From Acutalibacteraceae bacterium (GTDB lineage Bacteria > Bacillota > Clostridia > Oscillospirales > Acutalibacteraceae), in NCBI GenBank assembly GCA_051880655.1, contig JBJEOJ010000103.1, forward strand, positions 1 through 46,187: a stretch of DNA of 46,187 nucleotides, written 5' to 3'. This document shows positions 40,821-46,187 of this stretch, in pieces (within the stretch, counting starts at the first letter, position 1; every line of letters begins with the position of its first letter). A program made the translations under genes and the position numbers. A model generated the notes under the pieces. That model searched no databases and was not told the origin of the DNA. It was given only the letters and a program-made list of their open reading frames with translations.

Positions 40821-42434
40821 TTAATCTCTGTTTGCAAGAATTTTCAGCGGATCATAACGCATCACGAACAAAAGCGACACGCCGCCGGAAAGAAGAACCA
40901 ATGCAAGCGCAATGGCAATCAGTTCAAGAAGAACCGTAAGATTCATTGCAGAGCTTACCTCGGTAACATAGCTGGTCTGACTTTGACCGAAAAGTCCGGC
41001 AAGTTTTCCCGAAGAGATTTTCTCACCTGCATTTTCAGCGGGTGAATTATCCTGACCTCTTCCGAAATTTTCCTGAACCTGAGCGGAGGATTCTAAATTT
41101 GCCTGAACTTGATTTTCAAGCAGTGCGTTTGTGACGGGAACAGAACTGATACCGCCCACGGCTGCGCCGATGATTACGGCAATTAAAGTGACAATCATCG
41201 TTTCACAAATAAACTGCAAAGCAACTTTTCCTTTTTTCATGCCCATAGCAGTCAGAACGCCGATTTCATATTTGCGCTCACGCACGGTAAAAATGTTGAG
41301 CACAACAAGAATAACTGCACCGATAATCAGAATCACAATCAGAAAATAGCCTGCCATTGTGCTTAATGAATTAAGCGGAGTGAGACTTGCTTCATATGAA
41401 TTGAGATCGGCAGACGAAACAATATATTTTTCGTCAAGTCCCATGTCTCTGACTTCGTTTTCAAAAGAATTGTATGCATCAGCATCGGCAAAGACATATG
41501 TACCCGTAAGAGAGGAACTGATTTTTGTGCTTGCTTCTTCATCGGTTTCGGTTTCTGTGTCAAGCTGGGATTCTTCAACGATTTTTTCAAGCGTAGCATA
41601 GCTTGTATAAATTTTGTTTGCCGGGTCATTTGAAGCGGCGCTCATCGGAGAAAATGAAGATTCATTTGAAGATGAATCGGTGAAGATTCCTACAACCTTA
41701 AGCTTGTAGGTTTCATCTTCATTGTTGGGATTTGAAATTTTTATACTGTCACCGACGGACAGATCGTTATATTTGGCAAGCTCGCTTGAAATGATGCAGG
41801 TGTTATTGCTTTCGCCCTGCTTAAAAACCTCGCCGTCCGTTATTGTGATTGTTCCGTCTTTAAATGCTGTCATTGCGTCTTCACTGCTGTAACCAGTTAT
41901 GCTGAAATCACTTTGGTTGAAGCCGCCCTTCATTTTACCGACGTTGTTTTGCGGCATTTCTCCGCCTTCCGGCGGCTGCGCTTCATTTTGCGTTTCATTA
42001 TCATTTTCGGTTTCAGTTTCGCTTTCAATTTGCGATGAAACGGGTTCAAAATCATCTGTGCCGTTCACGGAAGCGGTCAGTGTGTAATAAAAATCTTTGA
42101 CGGACGCAGCTTCGGCATATTTCTGATATTCTTCAAGAGTGAGCGATGACGCTTCGTTCATCATTTGTTTGAACTGCGAACGGTCAAAGCTTTGGTTTTC
42201 GCCGCTTTCGCTGTTTTGCGAACCGAGCTCTTTCATTGCCGATTGTCTGTCAAATGAAATTGTGCCTGTGATGGTCAGGTTGCTTAACGCTTCTTCTTTT
42301 GCGCTTTGCGCAGCCTGCCTTATGGAAAGACCGATGCAGGCAGAAAGAGTGATTGCGAGAACAATAATTCCGATTAGAATATTACGAGCCTTTGAGCGGC
42401 TGATACATCTGAGTGCATTTTTTAAAATGTACAT
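40821..42434 (-). CDS. FtsX/MacB-type ABC permease with a large acidic extracytoplasmic domain
   Basis: 537 aa. N-terminal TM helix, a roughly 330-aa external region with Glu/Thr/Asn-rich low-complexity stretches, and a C-terminal FtsX 3-TM bundle. Confidence 0.8.
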   Translation of the reverse strand: MYILKNALRCISRSKARNILIGIIVLAITLSACIGLSIRQAAQSAKEEALSNLTITGTISFDRQSAMKELGSQNSESGENQSFDRSQFKQMMNEASSLTLEEYQKYAEAASVKDFYYTLTASVNGTDDFEPVSSQIESETETENDNETQNEAQPPEGGEMPQNNVGKMKGGFNQSDFSITGYSSEDAMTAFKDGTITITDGEVFKQGESNNTCIISSELAKYNDLSVGDSIKISNPNNEDETYKLKVVGIFTDSSSNESSFSPMSAASNDPANKIYTSYATLEKIVEESQLDTETETDEEASTKISSSLTGTYVFADADAYNSFENEVRDMGLDEKYIVSSADLNSYEASLTPLNSLSTMAGYFLIVILIIGAVILVVLNIFTVRERKYEIGVLTAMGMKKGKVALQFICETMIVTLIAVIIGAAVGGISSVPVTNALLENQVQANLESSAQVQENFGRGQDNSPAENAGEKISSGKLAGLFGQSQTSYVTEVSSAMNLTVLLELIAIALALVLLSGGVSLLFVMRYDPLKILANRD

Positions 42435-42605
42435 ACTTCAATTCCTTTCGTTTGATTTTTGAACGCTCAAAATTAGACACCGATTTTTTTATCGGTCCTT
42501 TAAAAGCTTAAAAAAACATCTTTAATCAAACTTAATAAATTTATTTAATTCAACTTAAAATTCGATTTATTGGTTTAACGTGTTAAAGAAGCATGTACGC
42601 CGGAT

Positions 42606-44699
42606 TTATCCTGCCGGAATCGGTGCGGAAAACTTTGAATAAAGGATTTTATCGCCTGCTTTTTTATAGGTACGGATTTTAAAATAATATTTTTTTGATG
42701 AGGACAGATTTGATTTATAATAGCTGTTTGTGCTGCCGTCGCTGATTTTTTTAATCTGCTTGTAACCTGAGTTTTTGGACTCGGACATATAAATGATATA
42801 GCCGCTGCAGCTCGTGGTTTTCCAACTAAGCTGAGCACCTCCGACGGATTTTTTTGCTTTGAGAGAAACACCGTTCGGCACGGTTGCCGTGACGACTTGT
42901 GTGAAGTTTTTACTGATATAGGTCTTTTCACCGATGGTTTTATATGCTCTGACAGCAAAAATATAATCCGTTCCCGATTTGAGATTGTTTATTTTTAAAC
43001 TTGTTTTGCTTGTGTTTGCAATCGTGGTGTATTGTTTGGTTTTCAGATAATATTTATATACTCTGTATTTTACGCCGCCGCTTACTTTTTTCCATGAAAG
43101 CGTGACGCTTGTGCTCGTTTGTTTTGCGGTAAGACTCGGAACATCGGGCGGAATAATTTTATAAGTAAGCGTCTTTTTGCCGCTGTAATTTCCTTTTAAA
43201 GTTACGGTGACACTGTATGAACCGATTGATTTTGAAGCTTTCGGAAACTTTGCGTCATAATCTTTTCCGGCTTTCAGCTTTGCACCTTTGCTGTCACTGA
43301 TTGTTAAGGTCGGCTTTTTGTCTTTCCCATTATAAACGAAAAAAACAGCCGAAAGAATAAGCTTATTAATTTTCGCAATTGTTATCTTGTCGGTTTTATT
43401 GCCACAGCGTGTGCAGTGCCTTGATTTATATCCGGCAGAATCGGTTGTTGCTTTTTTGTCGGTGGTATATTTACTTGAATAAGCATGACCGAGAGCGTTG
43501 ATATAATCTTTTTTCTGCGCTTTACAAACGGAGCAGGTCTTTGTTTTCTCGCCTTTTGCGGTGCAGGTCGGATTTTTGGTTGTCTTAAATTTACCGTAGG
43601 AGTGACCGTTTGCGGCAATTGAGGTTTCATCAGTAGTCTTGGAGCATCTGACACAGTGACGGGATTTTTTGCCCTGAGCGGTACAAGTCGGTTTTTTGTC
43701 AATGGTATATTTGCTTGAATAAGCATGACCGAGAGCGTCGACGGAATCTTTTTTCTGCGCTTTACAAACAGAACAGGTTTTTACTTTTTCACCTTTTGCG
43801 GTGCAGGTCGGATTTTTTGTTGTTTGATATTTACCGTAGGAGTGACCGTTTGCGGCAATTGAGGTTTCATCAGTAGTCTTGGAGCATCTGACACAGTGAC
43901 GGGATTTTTTACCCTGAGCTGTGCAGGTTGGCTTCTTGTCAACAGTGAAGGATTTTGAAAATTCATGACCTAAAGATGGAATAGACGTTATATTGCTCTT
44001 TTTGCCGCATCTTGTGCAGTGATTGGATTTGCTGCCTTGGGCTGTGCAGGTCGGCTCTTTGTCAACAACGGTTTTTTCGCTGTAGTTGTGGCCGAGAGCG
44101 GAAACATCTTTGGTTTCGGTCAGACCGCAAGTTTGGCAGACCAGAACGCTTTTTCCTGCCGAAGTGCAGGTGGCGGTTGTTCTTGTTGTTTTAAAGTTAT
44201 GACCGAGTGCAGGTATCGTTTCTGTCTTTTCGTCCGAACATTCGCAGACGAGTCTTTTGATTCCTTCGGTGTCGCAAGTCGGATTTCTTGTAATTTCTGT
44301 TTTATATGAATGAACATGGCTTTCGGAAAAAAGTTTAACATCAAAGCTTACACTGAATCCGTCAGCACTTTGTCTTGCTGCGAGATAATAGGTGTTGCCT
44401 GCTGTGAAATCATAGCGAATTAAAAAGTTGCTGCTTTCGCCGCTTGCTTCATCAACGGCAAGAACATTAAAATCCTCGTCGTAAACAAAGCCTACCGTAT
44501 CATAGTCGCTGATGCTTGTGAAACAATATCTGTCCGAAACGGCAGGAGTGAATTTTAAAATTGCAGTGTCATAGCCGCTCAGAGATACTGTTACGGTCTG
44601 ACCGGGTGAAATTTCACAAAACGCTTCTTGCGCATTTACAAAAAATATAAGACAGCAGGCAAGCAGAATACATACTGAAATTTTTAAAAATGTTTTCAT
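42606..44699 (-). CDS. secreted protein: PPC-like N-domain, about 9 His/Cys-rich ~40-aa repeats, Ig-like and two FN3 domains
   Basis: Signal peptide MKTFLKISVCILLACCLIFFVNA. Repeats follow GH-x-[FY]-x(6-9)-PTCT-x2-G-x5-C-x2-C. C-terminal LSWKKVSG..YRVY and LSWKTTS..YIIY FN3 signatures. Confidence 0.8.
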   Translation of the reverse strand: MKTFLKISVCILLACCLIFFVNAQEAFCEISPGQTVTVSLSGYDTAILKFTPAVSDRYCFTSISDYDTVGFVYDEDFNVLAVDEASGESSNFLIRYDFTAGNTYYLAARQSADGFSVSFDVKLFSESHVHSYKTEITRNPTCDTEGIKRLVCECSDEKTETIPALGHNFKTTRTTATCTSAGKSVLVCQTCGLTETKDVSALGHNYSEKTVVDKEPTCTAQGSKSNHCTRCGKKSNITSIPSLGHEFSKSFTVDKKPTCTAQGKKSRHCVRCSKTTDETSIAANGHSYGKYQTTKNPTCTAKGEKVKTCSVCKAQKKDSVDALGHAYSSKYTIDKKPTCTAQGKKSRHCVRCSKTTDETSIAANGHSYGKFKTTKNPTCTAKGEKTKTCSVCKAQKKDYINALGHAYSSKYTTDKKATTDSAGYKSRHCTRCGNKTDKITIAKINKLILSAVFFVYNGKDKKPTLTISDSKGAKLKAGKDYDAKFPKASKSIGSYSVTVTLKGNYSGKKTLTYKIIPPDVPSLTAKQTSTSVTLSWKKVSGGVKYRVYKYYLKTKQYTTIANTSKTSLKINNLKSGTDYIFAVRAYKTIGEKTYISKNFTQVVTATVPNGVSLKAKKSVGGAQLSWKTTSCSGYIIYMSESKNSGYKQIKKISDGSTNSYYKSNLSSSKKYYFKIRTYKKAGDKILYSKFSAPIPAG
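43380..43960 (-). repeat. in-frame tandem DNA repeat (period 240 bp) inside the 42606-44699 CDS
   Basis: 43589-43670 equals 43829-43910, about 82 nt identical by eye. Flanking units are similar but diverged. Confidence 0.85.
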
Positions 44700-45010
44700 A
44701 ATTATTTATGAATCACACAGATATATGCTATGGGCTTAAAACCGAAGCATTTTGGTGAGTTTTTCCTTTCATTGCTTTTTGTTTTACATTATAACCATAA
44801 TAAAATTTAGCACATATTTAAGCGATCGGCAATGCATAGTGAAAAAGTCTCACAGCTTTTATCTGTAATAGAACGACGAGGCTTTTATAATATTTGTCAT
44901 GAAATAAAGACATATTTTCTGCGGTTGACAAAATATTATAAAAATATATAATTTAATAAAGGGCAGAAAGGAAAAATTTGCCGATTAAAAACAAGAAGGA
45001 GAAAATATTT

Positions 45011-46072
45011 ATGGAAACATTTTATGATGTGCTTTCCGAAAAAAGGAAAGCGATTGCGACACCCGATAATGTTGTGGATTCAAACGGAAATGCTTATTTC
45101 GGAACCTTTGAAAAAGAGTTCCCGAAAATGGATTTTTTGAAAGTGAACCGCCCGACGCCTTATCCGAATGCATTCAATAAGGTGAAGCTTACACTCTGGG
45201 AAGCTGTTGAAATCAACCTCAAAGATGTAATTTTGCTCACTGCCGTTTGTGATATGGGTATTTTCGGAACGGGTCTTACCGTGCTTTATGACAAGAAAAA
45301 GAAAAAAGTCACTTTCTGGCAGGATATGTTCTCAAAAAAATGTGCCGTCATTTCCGACACGCTTTTAAACGGTGATGTAACCGAATCTTTGGGCAAAAAG
45401 GTCAAGCTCAAGGTTGTTAACCATTTTGAAAACGGTCAGGCTTTTGTAACGGGTAATGCTTCTGACAAAGTAAAAGGCAAAATCAGCTATGACATTTCGC
45501 TTGAAAGAGTTTCGCTTCCGAGCATCGTTTCAATTCCGTTCGGCGACAACAGACCGCTTTATTCGCAAAAGGATTTGTTCAAAGCAACAGGCTACATAGA
45601 AGTCAACGGCGTAAGATATGAAGCTGACGAGGACAGCACGGGAATTATTGATGACCACCGCGGCTATTATCCGTATAAAGCACATTATGACTGGGTAACG
45701 ACCATGGGTAAAAACACGGTCGGCTCAGAAAAGCAATTTTTCGGCTTTAACCTGACAAGGAATCAGTCGGTCAACCAGAATGATTTTAACGAAAACCTGA
45801 TCTGGTTTGAGGGCAAAACAACTCTGCTTACTCCTGTTCGTTTTGAACATCCGGAATATAACAAATGGCGCATCAGAGATGTCTATGGCATGACGGACAT
45901 CATCTTTGACATCGGCGACCGCTTCATCATGCGAGTTCCGGCGGGCGTCATCGACATCAACTATCACATAACTTTCGGCGAACTGAGCGGCTATGTCTGC
46001 GACCCGGACGGAAACAAATATATTCTTGACGGAATGTGCGGCATTGGTGAGGATAAGAGCCTTAGGTTTTAA
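45011..46072 (+). CDS. DUF2804-like hypothetical protein
   Basis: Start placed at METFYDVLSEK (AAGGAG 9 nt upstream). The family call is from memory of DDHRGYYPYKAHYDWVT-type blocks and is unverified. Confidence 0.5.
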   Translation: METFYDVLSEKRKAIATPDNVVDSNGNAYFGTFEKEFPKMDFLKVNRPTPYPNAFNKVKLTLWEAVEINLKDVILLTAVCDMGIFGTGLTVLYDKKKKKVTFWQDMFSKKCAVISDTLLNGDVTESLGKKVKLKVVNHFENGQAFVTGNASDKVKGKISYDISLERVSLPSIVSIPFGDNRPLYSQKDLFKATGYIEVNGVRYEADEDSTGIIDDHRGYYPYKAHYDWVTTMGKNTVGSEKQFFGFNLTRNQSVNQNDFNENLIWFEGKTTLLTPVRFEHPEYNKWRIRDVYGMTDIIFDIGDRFIMRVPAGVIDINYHITFGELSGYVCDPDGNKYILDGMCGIGEDKSLRF

Positions 46073-46103
46073 ATAAAAAGCTATTTGGCGAGAAGCGGAT
46101 ATT

Positions 46104-46151
46104 CAGTGTGGAGCGTATATGAGTTTGGAGTTTGGAGTGTGGAGTGTGGAG
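46104..46151 (+). repeat. GTGGAG-type heptad array
   Basis: CAGTGTGGAG CGTATATGAG TTTGGAG TTTGGAG TGTGGAG TGTGGAG, 31 nt after the DUF2804-like stop. Shares the CAGTGTGGAG head with the 20491-20521 array on the minus strand. Confidence 0.7.
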
Positions 46152-46187
46152 TTAACCTCATTTTAAAGTTTGTGCAGTAGGGACACG

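Noticed and set aside
44700-44780. A possible fourth distal-SD arrangement upstream of the 42606-44699 gene
   Set aside because: The only SD-like string (GAAAGGA) is about 65 nt from the ATG, and the intervening pairing I could draw is weak and ambiguous. It is not comparable to the three clean cases.

Overview
A 46.2-kb chromosomal segment whose gene content looks like a strictly anaerobic Firmicute; the Clostridia/gut-commensal assignment is inference only. The genes are dense and mostly ordinary: a TagGH-like ABC exporter, DnaD/DnaI replication loaders, tRNA-Thr(CGU), a GNAT, two secreted proteins carrying an unusual His/Cys-rich ~40-aa repeat, a frameshifted maltose O-acetyltransferase, XRE and ArsR(SdpR)/SdpI regulator modules, mnmE, and a Na+-translocating oxaloacetate-decarboxylase operon with split alpha subunit and BCCP. 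Further along are galE, rsmA, a GH3 beta-glucosidase, an EEP-family nuclease/phosphatase, a MacB-type ABC pair and a DUF2804-like protein. Three things stand out. (1) At 21.9-33.4 kb a single tightly coupled operon joins HdrBCA, MvhD and three Flx-like NAD(P)H/FeS subunits to a soluble FrdB/FrdA-like fumarate reductase pair, a dicarboxylate-type transporter and a class I fumarase. It is a candidate NADH-linked, possibly electron-bifurcating or thiol-mediated, fumarate reductase that I cannot match to a characterised enzyme. (2) Two unannotated paralogous loci (19.84-20.49 kb and 33.60-33.98 kb, same orientation) bracket that redox block. Each has a 27-30 codon hydrophobic ORF, a sequestered Shine-Dalgarno, convergent consensus promoters and a 3'-overlapping antisense RNA, which is type I toxin-antitoxin architecture, and compensatory base changes between the copies support the RNA structures. 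One copy carries a 280-nt highly structured insertion exactly where the other has a GNRA tetraloop. (3) There are recurrent small-scale signals. Purine-rich 7-nt-periodic arrays sit just 3' of four genes. Three operon-leading genes have a perfect SD placed 24-28 nt from the only possible start codon, with a small GC hairpin filling the gap. No CRISPR array, rRNA, transposase or integrase was seen.
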